Source: an uncultured Candidatus Saccharibacteria bacterium (GTDB taxonomy: Bacteria; Patescibacteriota; Minisyncoccia; Phycocordibacterales; UBA9973). From it: a stretch of 64,000 bases of DNA. The stretch lies in assembly GCA_964446965.1 (NCBI GenBank), contig CAYUQD010000003.1:3989-67988 (forward strand), written 5' to 3'. The notes under the pieces were generated by a model. That model was not told the DNA's origin. It searched no databases and was given only the letters and a program-made list of their open reading frames with translations. Both the position numbers and the translations under genes were made by a program. This document shows positions 1 through 7,935 of this stretch, piece by piece (within the stretch, counting starts at the first letter, position 1; the number at the start of each line of letters is the position of its first letter).

Positions 1-1121
1 AGTACAAGCACAATTGGAACAAATACAGATGATATTTTATCAGCTAGTGCTTGAATAGGGGCTTTACTTCCTTGTGCCTCTCCAACCATTTTTACTATAT
101 GGGCAAGCATTGTTTCTGAACCTATTTTAGTAGCTTTGAACGTAAATGAACCTGTGGTATTTATAGTTCCCGCTATAACAGTATCCCCAATAGTTTTTTC
201 TACAGGAACAGGCTCGCCTGTTACCATGGCTTCATCAACAAAAGAAGACCCGTCAGTAAGCACACCATCTACTGGTATTTTCCCTGCTGGCTTCACTACT
301 ATCAAATCCCCATGTACCACTTGGTCTATAGGTATTTCAATTTCTTTTCCTTCTCTAATAACTATTGCTGTTTTAGCTTGTAAATTAAGGAGTTTTTCAA
401 TCGCATCGCCTGTTTTTATTTTGGAGCGAGCCTCAAGGTATTTACCGAATGCGATAAACGCAATGACCACTATCGTTACATCATAGTAGGTGTGTTCAAC
501 ATTGATGAATGCACGAAGCGGTTCTTCAAAAGCAGTAACAATAAAACTGTATAAAAAAGCTACAGAAGTCCCAATACCGATAAGAGTATCCATATTTGCT
601 TTGCCGTAGCGGAGAAATCGATAAAATCCCATAAGATAGGGCTTCCCGACTACAAACAAAGTATATGTAGCAAAAATTGGAAGTAGGTGATGGAAAAATT
701 CATAGACAGTAGCCGACATCTCTCCAACTACCTTAAATTGAGCTAGAATATCCCATGCCATAACAAAAATACTAAAGATAGCGAGAGGTATAACTGATAC
801 AACCTTAGTTTTCATATCAGCTACTTCTTTCAATTTTTCTTTCTTGGATTGATTAAGTCCTAGATGAGAAGCATGTTCATCAGCTGACATTCCCATACTT
901 TCCGCTGTAGGAATTTCGAGTGTATATCCAAGCTTTTCAATCTTTTCAGAAAGATGGTGTGGACTAGTTTTACTTTCATCATAGGCAACCTTAGCAGTTT
1001 CTGTTCCATAATTTACTTCAACAGAATGTACGCCATCTGTCTTTTTGAAGGTCTTTTCAATAATGCTGGCACATGAAGCACAGTGCATTCCTTTTACTTT
1101 GTATGTGTTTGAGGTAGACAT
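1..1121 (-). CDS. copA: Copper/heavy-metal translocating P-type ATPase, N-terminal ~370 aa (gene runs off the window start)
   Basis: Manual minus-strand translation from the ATG at 1119-1121 gives MSTSNTYKVKGMHCASCASIIEK, the HMA GMxCxxC metal-binding motif. Multiple TM helices follow, and AMVTGEP marks the actuator/TGE region. Absent from the ORF track because it is open at the window edge. Stop of the upstream csoR is 1 nt away. Confidence 0.85.
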   Translation of the reverse strand, partial: MSTSNTYKVKGMHCASCASIIEKTFKKTDGVHSVEVNYGTETAKVAYDESKTSPHHLSEKIEKLGYTLEIPTAESMGMSADEHASHLGLNQSKKEKLKEVADMKTKVVSVIPLAIFSIFVMAWDILAQFKVVGEMSATVYEFFHHLLPIFATYTLFVVGKPYLMGFYRFLRYGKANMDTLIGIGTSVAFLYSFIVTAFEEPLRAFINVEHTYYDVTIVVIAFIAFGKYLEARSKIKTGDAIEKLLNLQAKTAIVIREGKEIEIPIDQVVHGDLIVVKPAGKIPVDGVLTDGSSFVDEAMVTGEPVPVEKTIGDTVIAGTINTTGSFTFKATKIGSETMLAHIVKMVGEAQGSKAPIQALADKISSVFVPIVLV

Positions 1122-1122
1122 A

Positions 1123-1398
1123 TTATTTTCTCTTTAGTTTATAAACTTTCAAGACTTCCTCTTGTGCCTTTTCAACTTGACCGTTAGACATTTGGTGATG
1201 AACACAATGCCCTAGGTGATTTTCAAGGAGAGCATCTTCGACGCTCGAAAGACTAGACTTCACGGCAGAAGTTTGAGTAATTACATCTATACAATAAGTA
1301 TCATTCTCAATGAGCTTCTGTAATCCTCGCACCTGCCCTTCAATAAGCTTCAAACGACGAACTATATTTGCCTTACCTTTTTCATCCATGTATTTCAT
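1123..1398 (-). CDS. csoR: CsoR/RcnR-family metal-sensing transcriptional repressor
   Basis: 91 aa. RRLKLIEGQVRGLQKLIE and C-x-DVITQ-x-AV are typical of CsoR (DUF156). Sits directly upstream of copA on the same strand. Confidence 0.8.
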   Translation of the reverse strand: MKYMDEKGKANIVRRLKLIEGQVRGLQKLIENDTYCIDVITQTSAVKSSLSSVEDALLENHLGHCVHHQMSNGQVEKAQEEVLKVYKLKRK

Positions 1399-1627
1399 AT
1401 TCCTAGTCTATACCCCCTAGGGGTATACGTCAATATGCCGTATCTACCCCCTCAAGAAGAGGTGCTTTATGCGACTTGTAACCCGAGCATTGGCATCAGC
1501 CCTGAATACTCAAGATTGCTTTTTACTTCCTTCCAATTTATAGTTCTAAACGCATCTAACCACTCCCGCAAAAAAAATCGTACATGTTATACCAAAATAT
1601 ATTCCCAAATGCTATAGTAGTCAGTAT

Positions 1628-1948
1628 ATGGATATGATCAAAGGAAAAGTAACAGGATTTATGGACTTTATTCGAGAACAAGGCGTCGTCGGACTTGCAG
1701 TCGGTTTCATTCTCGGTGGCGCTGTCTCAAAGACGGTCACCTCGCTGGTGGAGAACATCATCAACCCGCTCGTTGGTGCAATGCTGGGCAAGGTCGCGCT
1801 CGCAGATAGAGCCGCAACTATCGGTGCCATCTCTATCAAATACGGCGCATTCATTTCTACTGTCGTCGACTTCCTCATTGTTGCCGCTGTTGTCTACTTT
1901 GGTGTCAAAGCACTCGGCCTCGACAAGCTCGACAAAAAGAAAGAGTAA
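1628..1948 (+). CDS. mscL: Large-conductance mechanosensitive channel MscL
   Basis: 106 aa. GFMDFIREQGVVGLAVGFILGGA...FLIVAAVVYF...KKKE matches MscL over its full length. Confidence 0.9.
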   Translation: MDMIKGKVTGFMDFIREQGVVGLAVGFILGGAVSKTVTSLVENIINPLVGAMLGKVALADRAATIGAISIKYGAFISTVVDFLIVAAVVYFGVKALGLDKLDKKKE

Positions 1949-1970
1949 CTCCTCGTGATACACTAGCACT

Positions 1971-2459
1971 ATGCCTCTAGAAACTCAGACATCACCCACT
2001 CCTCCCCCATCACTCTCGTGGAGTGTGCTCGAATTTCAACCGCAAGACCGTCATCCCGACTGGCTCTGGTATACAGGGCTCGTCTTTGGGATTGCGGCGA
2101 CCGTGTCATTCTTTTATGGCAATATTTTCTTTGGGATATTCCTCGTCGTGGCTGGAGCATGTGTCATCCTCTTTGCACAGCGGGCACCACAGATGATGGT
2201 GGTGACCTTTAATGAGAAAGATGTGTTGGTGGACAAGACTCTCATCACCTATGACCGGATCACTCAGTTTTGGATTGACGAAACCGGAAAACCGGATAAG
2301 CTGTTAATGCTCGTCAAAGGACACATCGTCCCCATGATGACAATCCCTCTCGGAGGCGTGACGGCAGCTACTGTCCGCACCGAGATGACCAAGCATGCCC
2401 CCGAAGTCACTATGCGTGAACCTCTAGGTATCAAGATCGCAGAGCGCCTCGGATTCTAG
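1971..2459 (+). CDS. Hypothetical membrane protein (two N-terminal TM helices plus a C-terminal soluble domain)
   Basis: 162-aa ORF; two hydrophobic helices (GLVFGIAATVSFFYGNIFFGIFLVVAGACVILF). No recognised motif. Confidence 0.45.
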   Translation: MPLETQTSPTPPPSLSWSVLEFQPQDRHPDWLWYTGLVFGIAATVSFFYGNIFFGIFLVVAGACVILFAQRAPQMMVVTFNEKDVLVDKTLITYDRITQFWIDETGKPDKLLMLVKGHIVPMMTIPLGGVTAATVRTEMTKHAPEVTMREPLGIKIAERLGF

Positions 2460-2483
2460 TACGCCGTTCCCCCACCATCTATC

Positions 2484-2555
2484 CCTCTCGTCGTTCAATG
2501 GATAGGACGTAACTTTGCGGAAGTTATGATATAGGTTCGATTCCTATCGAGAGGA
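2484..2555 (+). tRNA. tRNA-Arg (anticodon GCG)
   Basis: Hand-folded cloverleaf:
- acceptor CCTCTCG/CGAGAGG;
- U8;
- D-stem GTTC/GGAC, with GG in the D-loop;
- anticodon stem TAACT/AGTTA, loop TTGCGGA with G37;
- T-arm ATAGG-TTCGATT-CCTAT;
- discriminator A.
CCA is not encoded. Confidence 0.7.
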
Positions 2556-2613
2556 CATTTTTTTCTAAACAAAAAACCTCCCCGAAGGAAGGCTTTTCAA
2601 AAAACACCTCAAC

Positions 2614-2856
2614 TTAATGATATAAAATCACAATGATAGGAATAAGGAAACACACTATAAAGAATACCGCGTAGAGGAGAGCCTTCTTTATAGGGCATAT
2701 GTAGGTTATTGCGGCAATACAAATGATTGTCACAATAAGCCATTGTGGTATGAGCCACACAATAATTCCCAATGATGCGATGATACCAAAGATTAGTGCT
2801 TCTTTCCTGGCAAATAAATGCCGACCGAGTGCTTGAACTTTTTTCATCCTGCCCAA
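2614..2856 (-). CDS. Hypothetical small polytopic membrane protein
   Basis: 80-aa ORF, highly hydrophobic. Lies between the tRNA and the thioredoxin-like gene. Confidence 0.3.
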   Translation of the reverse strand: MGRMKKVQALGRHLFARKEALIFGIIASLGIIVWLIPQWLIVTIICIAAITYICPIKKALLYAVFFIVCFLIPIIVILYH

Positions 2857-2895
2857 TTTGTACTTGATACTAGTACAAAACCCCTTTTTGTCAAT

Positions 2896-3159
2896 CTACT
2901 TTACTCCTGCCCATTTTTTCAGTTCGTCGAATGAAACTTCACCACAGAGCCATGCTTTGTTGTCACTGTTAAAGTAGAACGGTACTCCCCCACACTTATC
3001 TCCCTTATCGCATTCCTTGATGAACTCCATGTTGCGTTTGTCATGCCAGACTTCCTTGCGAGAGATCACTACTTCTGGGTACTCCTTCATGAGTTTGTTC
3101 GTCAGCTCGCGCATACGCTGACAGTGTGGACATTCTTCTCCATAGAATTCATATAACAT
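2896..3159 (-). CDS. Small thioredoxin-fold protein with a CPHC active site (glutaredoxin/NrdH-like)
   Basis: MLYEFYGEECPHCQ...GGVPFYF. The CxxC lies at the N-terminus of a helix-like segment, as in Trx/Grx folds. Start chosen at the internal Met; the ORF extends to 3201. Confidence 0.55.
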   Translation of the reverse strand: MLYEFYGEECPHCQRMRELTNKLMKEYPEVVISRKEVWHDKRNMEFIKECDKGDKCGGVPFYFNSDNKAWLCGEVSFDELKKWAGVK

Positions 3160-3268
3160 GTGTGTAGTATAGCAAATAAAAAATACCCCATGGGTGAGCA
3201 AGAGGGTATTTTTTGAAAAAAGGGTTGGGCGTGGGTTTGGCTTTTTGAAAAGAATACCCTTGCGCGAA

Positions 3269-3529
3269 CTATTTCTCCTTTGTCATGCGAGAGAGGCGAG
3301 CCTTCTTGCGACTTGCGGTGTTCTTTTTGATGACACCTTTCTTTGCAGCCTTGTCGATGGCACTGTATGCGGCCTTGAGAGACTCCTTTGCATCCTTCCA
3401 GTTCTTGGCGACAACGAGCTTCTGGAGGTCTTTGACGCCTTCTTTGAGGGATTTCTTTGTACGAGTATTGATCGCGTTTTTCTTTTCAGAGACGCGGAGG
3501 GCCTTTTTGGCATTTCGGGTGATTGGCAT
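3269..3529 (-). CDS. rpsT: 30S ribosomal protein S20
   Basis: MPITRNAKKALRVSEKKNAINTRTKKSLKEG...KAAKKGVIKKNTASRKKARL is a full-length S20-like Lys/Ala-rich sequence. It is the C-terminal part of ORF 3269..3745; the upstream 72 aa is a spurious extension. Confidence 0.85.
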   Translation of the reverse strand: MPITRNAKKALRVSEKKNAINTRTKKSLKEGVKDLQKLVVAKNWKDAKESLKAAYSAIDKAAKKGVIKKNTASRKKARLSRMTKEK

Positions 3530-3586
3530 AACGGCAAAACTATAGCAGGAGAGACCCAATTGTGCAAGGGGTGGTATACTTTGGCC

Positions 3587-4132
3587 ATGATTGCACGGAT
3601 ACAAGGAGTCGTCGTGGACATTGTGGACAAAGGGGTCGTGGTCGACACAGGCCCCGTCGGCTACCTCGTCTATACTCCAGCACTGCTCGCTCCTGGTACC
3701 TCTGTCACCCTCCATACCCACCTCATCATCCGCGATGACGCACACGAACTCTACGGCTTTGCGACTGCTGAGGAGAAGGCACTCTTCACAACCCTTATCG
3801 GTGTCACTGGTGTCGGTCCCAAGACGGGGCTACAGATGCTCACCATATATCCACTCCCCGATCTCGTCGGCGCGATCCGTGCCGGAGATGCAAAGGCAAT
3901 ATCCCTCGTCCCCGGTATTGGCAAAAAAACCGCCGAGAAGGTCATCATCGACCTCAAGGACAAACTCGAAGGCTATGCGACGAGTGGGAGCAGTGCGAGT
4001 AATGATCTCGTCGAGGCACTCCTCTCGCTCGGATTCAAGGATCACGATATCCGCTCCACTCTCCCCACTCTCGACACCACACTCCCCATCGAACAACAGA
4101 TCACGATCGCGCTACAAATCCTCAAGAAATAA
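3587..4132 (+). CDS. ruvA: Holliday junction branch-migration protein RuvA
   Basis: MIARIQGVVVDIVDKGVVVDTGPVGYLVY...GVGPKTGLQML...LVPGIGKKTAEKVIIDLKDK gives RuvA domains I-III. In-frame ATG at 3587 within ORF 3194..4132; the N-terminal extension overlaps rpsT and is rejected. Confidence 0.85.
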   Translation: MIARIQGVVVDIVDKGVVVDTGPVGYLVYTPALLAPGTSVTLHTHLIIRDDAHELYGFATAEEKALFTTLIGVTGVGPKTGLQMLTIYPLPDLVGAIRAGDAKAISLVPGIGKKTAEKVIIDLKDKLEGYATSGSSASNDLVEALLSLGFKDHDIRSTLPTLDTTLPIEQQITIALQILKK

Positions 4133-4162
4133 AGAATGCCTCCCGTGTGGGAGGCATTATCA

Positions 4163-4747
4163 CTAATTTGTATGTTGCTGTATCCAGTCAATAAATACAT
4201 GGAGATGCAATCGATAGAAGTCTGTCAAGAGATCACTGTGGTTCATCCGTGCGTGTTGTCCCAACAATTCTTTGTAATGAGGATCTCCGAATTTAGTATG
4301 GGGAGCAATATCTATCTGTTTGCTCAGCCCGCAAACTTCGGTAAGTTCTGCAAAGAAGCTCGGCTCTATATCAAATACAGAAAGTACTGGCATTCTATTA
4401 AAATATTTTTCAAGTTCAGCATACGCATGACAGTGCAGATCAGTGATACCACACCCTCGTTTCGTGTCGATAATTCTTTTCCGAAGCTTTTGGTCAGAAG
4501 TTGTAGTGAACCACTCCATCGGCTTCATCAAGAATTGTCCAAGAAATACAGATCCCGAAATTTCATCAGGAAAAAGATTTTTAATGGTTTTGAAATAAAT
4601 TTCCCTTTTTACCGGTACATGACTACACGGGAGAATGTCATTGAACAAATTGATCCGCTCATTGATTCTCTGTGTCAGTTTGTCGATAGTAGGGGTGTGT
4701 CTATTTTGTTCAGTTGTGTGGTGCATGGGCGATAGATTTTTCTCCAT
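4163..4747 (-). CDS. Hypothetical protein (His/Cys-rich motif DLHCHAYAE)
   Basis: 194-aa ORF in an AT-rich stretch. The fully overlapping + strand ORF (4136..4735) has a junk-like composition (Cys/Trp/Phe-rich), so the minus strand is preferred. No family assignment possible by eye. Confidence 0.4.
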   Translation of the reverse strand: MEKNLSPMHHTTEQNRHTPTIDKLTQRINERINLFNDILPCSHVPVKREIYFKTIKNLFPDEISGSVFLGQFLMKPMEWFTTTSDQKLRKRIIDTKRGCGITDLHCHAYAELEKYFNRMPVLSVFDIEPSFFAELTEVCGLSKQIDIAPHTKFGDPHYKELLGQHARMNHSDLLTDFYRLHLHVFIDWIQQHTN

Positions 4748-4940
4748 ACTACCTCGCCATTACCTTTTGTCAAAAGGTGTATACTACTGACATGCATAGT
4801 GAACTCAAATGGTTTCTCCTCCTCTTTGTCGGTCTGTGGCTCGCCTGGCTCGTCACTGGTGGACCCTCTCGCATCCAACAAAACCGCGCAAATCCATTCA
4901 TCCAAGAGACATACAATGGAGGACAGATCTATCACAGTCG

Positions 4941-5474
4941 TTAGATATTGAGCATGCGATAGAGTGCGATACCTCCAGCCACTGCAACATTGAGAGATTC
5001 TTTTTTACCTTTCATAGGTATCACCACAATAGTATCTACTAGACTCAATACATCTGGTGCAATACCTCCGACTTCGTTACCGAGAATGAACGCAGTGGGT
5101 CCTTCGACTATCACTTGCTTGTAATCAATCGCTTCAACAGATTGCTCTATTGCAATTATTCTAATTCCTTTTTCTTTGAGTTCAGTAATCAGCACCCCTA
5201 TATCATCATACGGTTGCCACGGCATCGTGAGCTGTGCACCGAGGGCCGTCTTTGCAATGTCGCTTCGTGCCCGCCCAAATCGATCGAGTGGTTGTGGAGT
5301 AATAGCCGAGAGATAGATCTCCGATATTCCCGCCGCGTCAGCCGTCCGAAAGAGGGACCCCACGTTCTGCGCACTACGTATATCGTGCAATATGAGGATG
5401 GTATGTGGCGTTGATTTCATACGGTACGCATGGTATAGTTTTGCTACTTTTTTGCAAGACATAGTTGCAAACAA
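4941..5474 (-). CDS. SpoU/TrmH-family RNA 2'-O-methyltransferase
   Basis: ILILHDIRSAQNVGSLFRTADAAG...GNEVGGIAPDVL...NVAVAGGIALYRM are SPOUT methyltransferase motifs. The true start may be the internal Met (MKSTPH...). Confidence 0.75.
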   Translation of the reverse strand: MFATMSCKKVAKLYHAYRMKSTPHTILILHDIRSAQNVGSLFRTADAAGISEIYLSAITPQPLDRFGRARSDIAKTALGAQLTMPWQPYDDIGVLITELKEKGIRIIAIEQSVEAIDYKQVIVEGPTAFILGNEVGGIAPDVLSLVDTIVVIPMKGKKESLNVAVAGGIALYRMLNI

Positions 5475-5479
5475 ACCAT

Positions 5480-5552
5480 GCCCCTATAGCTCAGTTGGTA
5501 GAGCAGCTCCCTTTTAAGGAGACGGTCGTAGGTTCGAATCCTACTGGGGGCA
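5480..5552 (+). tRNA. tRNA-Lys (anticodon UUU)
   Basis: GCCCCTATAGCTCAGTTGGTAGAGCAGCTCCCTTTTAAGGAGACGGTCGTAGGTTCGAATCCTACTGGGGGCA. Canonical D-arm (AGCTCAGTTGGTAGAGC), anticodon loop CUUUUAA, T-arm GTAGG-TTCGAAT-CCTAC. Acceptor GCCCCTA/TGGGGGC has one GU pair. Confidence 0.85.
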
Positions 5553-5556
5553 CAAT

Positions 5557-5577
5557 AAAATCACGAAGTGATTTTTC
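5557..5577 (+). terminator. Short hairpin plus T-run after tRNA-Lys
   Basis: AAATCAC-GAA-GTGATTT followed by TTTTT. The stem is short, so confidence is low. Confidence 0.35.
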
Positions 5578-5661
5578 CCAGAAGGTTCGAACCGTAAGGT
5601 GCCTATTTTTAAGGAGCAAAGCGACTATATAAAATAGTGCATCTCGACCGCAGGGAGAGGC

Positions 5662-5681
5662 GAATCCTACTGGGGGCACAA
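5662..5681 (+). repeat. 20-nt direct repeat of the tRNA-Lys 3' end (cgaatcctactgggggcaca); att-like scar
   Basis: Exact copy of tRNA positions 5533-5552 (3' half of T-loop, T-stem 3' strand, acceptor 3' strand, discriminator), found 110 bp downstream. It lacks the rest of the tRNA. Confidence 0.6.
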
Positions 5682-5735
5682 AAACACCCTCAATGGAAGT
5701 TGCAAAAGTTGCTCGTGCACGGTACCGTAGTATGT

Positions 5736-6131
5736 ATGAAGAAACAATATTGGATCTGGATCGTAGTCACTGTACTCATCATTGGAGGACTCATCGCACT
5801 GTTGGTCGTACAAGCAAAAAAGCCAGGCAAATATGACACCGTCGCACAATGTATCAATGACAGTGGTGCAACATTCTACGGCGCATTCTGGTGTCCGCAC
5901 TGCCAAGCAACCAAGGCAATGTTCGGCAAGAGTGCAAAACTCCTCCCCTACGTCGAATGTTCACAACCCAGTGGCAAAGGCCAACTGCAAATCTGTATAG
6001 ATGCGGGTGTGACCGGATATCCTACTTGGAGATTTGCCGATGGGAGCGAGCTCGGTGGTGAGCGCAGTATGAGTGAACTCGCCGCAAAAACCAACTGCCA
6101 AGCCCCTCTCGACGCGATCAACGCACAATAG
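5736..6131 (+). CDS. Membrane-anchored thioredoxin-fold thiol-disulfide oxidoreductase (DsbA-like, CPHC active site)
   Basis: MKKQYWIWIVVTVLIIGGLIALLVV is an N-terminal TM anchor. Followed by FWCPHCQ and a GYPTW cis-Pro-loop-like motif. Start taken at the internal Met of ORF 5637..6131. Confidence 0.65.
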   Translation: MKKQYWIWIVVTVLIIGGLIALLVVQAKKPGKYDTVAQCINDSGATFYGAFWCPHCQATKAMFGKSAKLLPYVECSQPSGKGQLQICIDAGVTGYPTWRFADGSELGGERSMSELAAKTNCQAPLDAINAQ

Positions 6132-6132
6132 T

Positions 6133-6660
6133 ATGTTCAACACCTTTGCAGCGCTCGGAACGATCGCAATCCAAATAGCTCTCGTTATTACAGTCATTGG
6201 ATATTTTGCCCGTGCTCCATTTATTCGTACTGTTGCCAACAATGCAGGACTCCTCGTCGCAAGTATATTCTCGATGAGCGTTATTATGAGCTTCATCTAT
6301 CAATACGGATTTGGGTACGAACCATGCCTGCTCTGCTGGTATCAGCGCATCTTTATTATTCCTGTTGCACTCCTCGCATGGACTGCATCACTACGCACCA
6401 GTCGTCTCCTCCAAAATCAAGTCATCATTCTCTCTGGGATGGGAGTATTGATCGCATTGTTCCATGTGATCATCGACATCTTCCCCACCGGTCTCGATGT
6501 CTGCGGAGCTACCGGTACGAGCTGTCTCGTGCGCTATGTGTACGAGTTTGGCTACATTACGATCCCGATGATGTCATTCACCATACTCTCAGCTGGACTC
6601 TTCCTCTCACTCCTCGCTAAGTATTATCCACAGAGCGATCTTGTGACTTCTGACAAGTAA
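6133..6660 (+). CDS. dsbB: Disulfide bond formation protein B-like (DsbB/BdbC family)
   Basis: Four TM segments. Contains PCLLCWYQR (the DsbB first-loop CxxC, cf. E. coli CVLCIYER) and a second Cys pair VCGATGTSC in the second loop. Start at the internal Met (6133), immediately after the upstream stop. Confidence 0.65.
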   Translation: MFNTFAALGTIAIQIALVITVIGYFARAPFIRTVANNAGLLVASIFSMSVIMSFIYQYGFGYEPCLLCWYQRIFIIPVALLAWTASLRTSRLLQNQVIILSGMGVLIALFHVIIDIFPTGLDVCGATGTSCLVRYVYEFGYITIPMMSFTILSAGLFLSLLAKYYPQSDLVTSDK

Positions 6661-6783
6661 CGTATACTTATGTATAAGTCCCCGTACCTTCGACTCATAC
6701 AGAGTCTCCTGTATCGACAGATACATATCGTTCCTTCCCTAGCAGTTCATTCGCACTCATAATAATAAAGTTTTTTACTCCTC

Positions 6784-6820
6784 AAAGGCCCCTTTCTCAA
6801 AAAGTGGCCTTTATTTTTTG
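6784..6820 (+). terminator. Rho-independent terminator (hairpin plus T-tract)
   Basis: AAAGGCC-CCTTTCTCAAAAAGT-GGCCTTT then ATTTTTTG. Lies between convergent dsbB (+) and the 6833..7456 gene (-). Confidence 0.5.
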
Positions 6821-6832
6821 TACTATTATTTT

Positions 6833-7456
6833 TTATTGCTCAAGTATTACCTTTTCTACCATGAGTTCCAGTGGTGCACCTGTCTCCCACGCACGTGCAT
6901 GCGCGAGCAAGAGACTCCGATACAGGGCGTCATACGTTGCTTTCTCTCTTGGACTCTTTGCAGACATATCACGCACTTTCCAATACAGTATTCCCATCAC
7001 TGCTTCGATACTACTATCGATGAGTGCCGCACGAAATGCGAGCCAGCGAGATTTCTTGTCAGATGCAGTGAGTGCTTTGGTTACTGCAAATACATCTCCC
7101 TCTTTTTTTGAAGGAGATTTTTTTTCACCAACATGAACGACTGCTCCAACCTTTTTGAATACAGTAACCGTTGGCGCAGGTAGTGCGATCTCTTCAAAGA
7201 TGAACATTGTCGGACTCACGAGGAGCTGCTTGAGGAATGGAGCTGCAATAGCAGTCTCTGTACCGAGCATATACTTCACATGTACAACAGGTGCTGCAGG
7301 ACTAAAGAGTGAGGGGTAGAGATACTGCTCGAGATCAAGGACACTACCATACGTATCGTCATACATGATCACCTCACTATCCACGAGCGGATCAGTGATC
7401 GATGCGATGTGTGTGTGTCGAGTAGTTTGGTTGTCGGCAACAATGAGAAAGAGCAT
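6833..7456 (-). CDS. Hypothetical protein (DUF4130-type 'probable DNA metabolism protein' considered as a weak possibility; unassigned)
   Basis: 207-aa ORF, no diagnostic motif seen. Translationally coupled with the upstream methyltransferase gene (shared coordinate 7456). Confidence 0.4.
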   Translation of the reverse strand: MLFLIVADNQTTRHTHIASITDPLVDSEVIMYDDTYGSVLDLEQYLYPSLFSPAAPVVHVKYMLGTETAIAAPFLKQLLVSPTMFIFEEIALPAPTVTVFKKVGAVVHVGEKKSPSKKEGDVFAVTKALTASDKKSRWLAFRAALIDSSIEAVMGILYWKVRDMSAKSPREKATYDALYRSLLLAHARAWETGAPLELMVEKVILEQ

Positions 7457-7935
7457 TAGAGAATCTTTGGGACGTCTTGTTTGTAATCCTCGTAGGCACC
7501 ATCATATGTCTCATAGAGTGCTGCCTCGTATTTATGAAAAAAGATATTTGAGATGAAGTATCCGATCACCGTCACCGCAAAAAATGCGAGTGACCCCGAC
7601 ACGACCGTATACCCTGTCACGAGCAAGACGATCCCGAGATGGGTGGGGTTGCGCATATAGCGATATGGTCCACGAAAGAAGTATGGCTTTGTCTGTGTAC
7701 CTGCAGTATGCATACCTCGACGCGATGTGTACTGTGCCCACACGACGAGCACTGCACCCACTCCAAAGCAGACAAATGCGGTGATCTGTGCGTGGAGACT
7801 TGGTGGTATCTCGTACCCGATCATTGTATCGACAAAGAGTCCGATAATACTGCCGAGGAAGTATGCAAAATACGATCGAGCCAGCGAGCTATGCATAGTG
7901 TGCTGTGAGTCAGTCATAGTATGTATTGTAACCAT
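7456..7935 (-). CDS. Isoprenylcysteine carboxyl methyltransferase (ICMT/PEMT) family membrane methyltransferase
   Basis: RGPYRYMRNPTHLGIVLLVTG is the hallmark ICMT/phospholipid methyltransferase motif. Multiple TM helices. Confidence 0.75.
   Translation of the reverse strand: MVTIHTMTDSQHTMHSSLARSYFAYFLGSIIGLFVDTMIGYEIPPSLHAQITAFVCFGVGAVLVVWAQYTSRRGMHTAGTQTKPYFFRGPYRYMRNPTHLGIVLLVTGYTVVSGSLAFFAVTVIGYFISNIFFHKYEAALYETYDGAYEDYKQDVPKIL

Noticed and set aside
136-486. 116-aa plus-strand ORF
   Set aside because: Lies entirely antisense within the well-supported copA coding region; low-complexity translation; treated as a shadow ORF.
3194-3586. N-terminal 131-aa extension of the ruvA ORF
   Set aside because: Overlaps rpsT on the opposite strand and has no RuvA similarity; ruvA starts at the internal ATG 3587 (MIARIQG...).
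3283-4166. Several long ORFs (3283-3648 minus, 3591-4166 plus, 3751-3963, 3830-4096) overlapping rpsT/ruvA
   Set aside because: Arg/Ser/Pro-rich alternative-frame translations of GC-rich coding DNA; no motifs.
5577-5681. Possible second tRNA between tRNA-Lys and the Trx-like gene (GGTTCGAACC and TTTTAAGG motifs)
   Set aside because: Cannot be folded into a cloverleaf: no acceptor 5' strand, no T-stem 5' strand before the copied 3' end. Interpreted as a partial duplicate/att-like scar.
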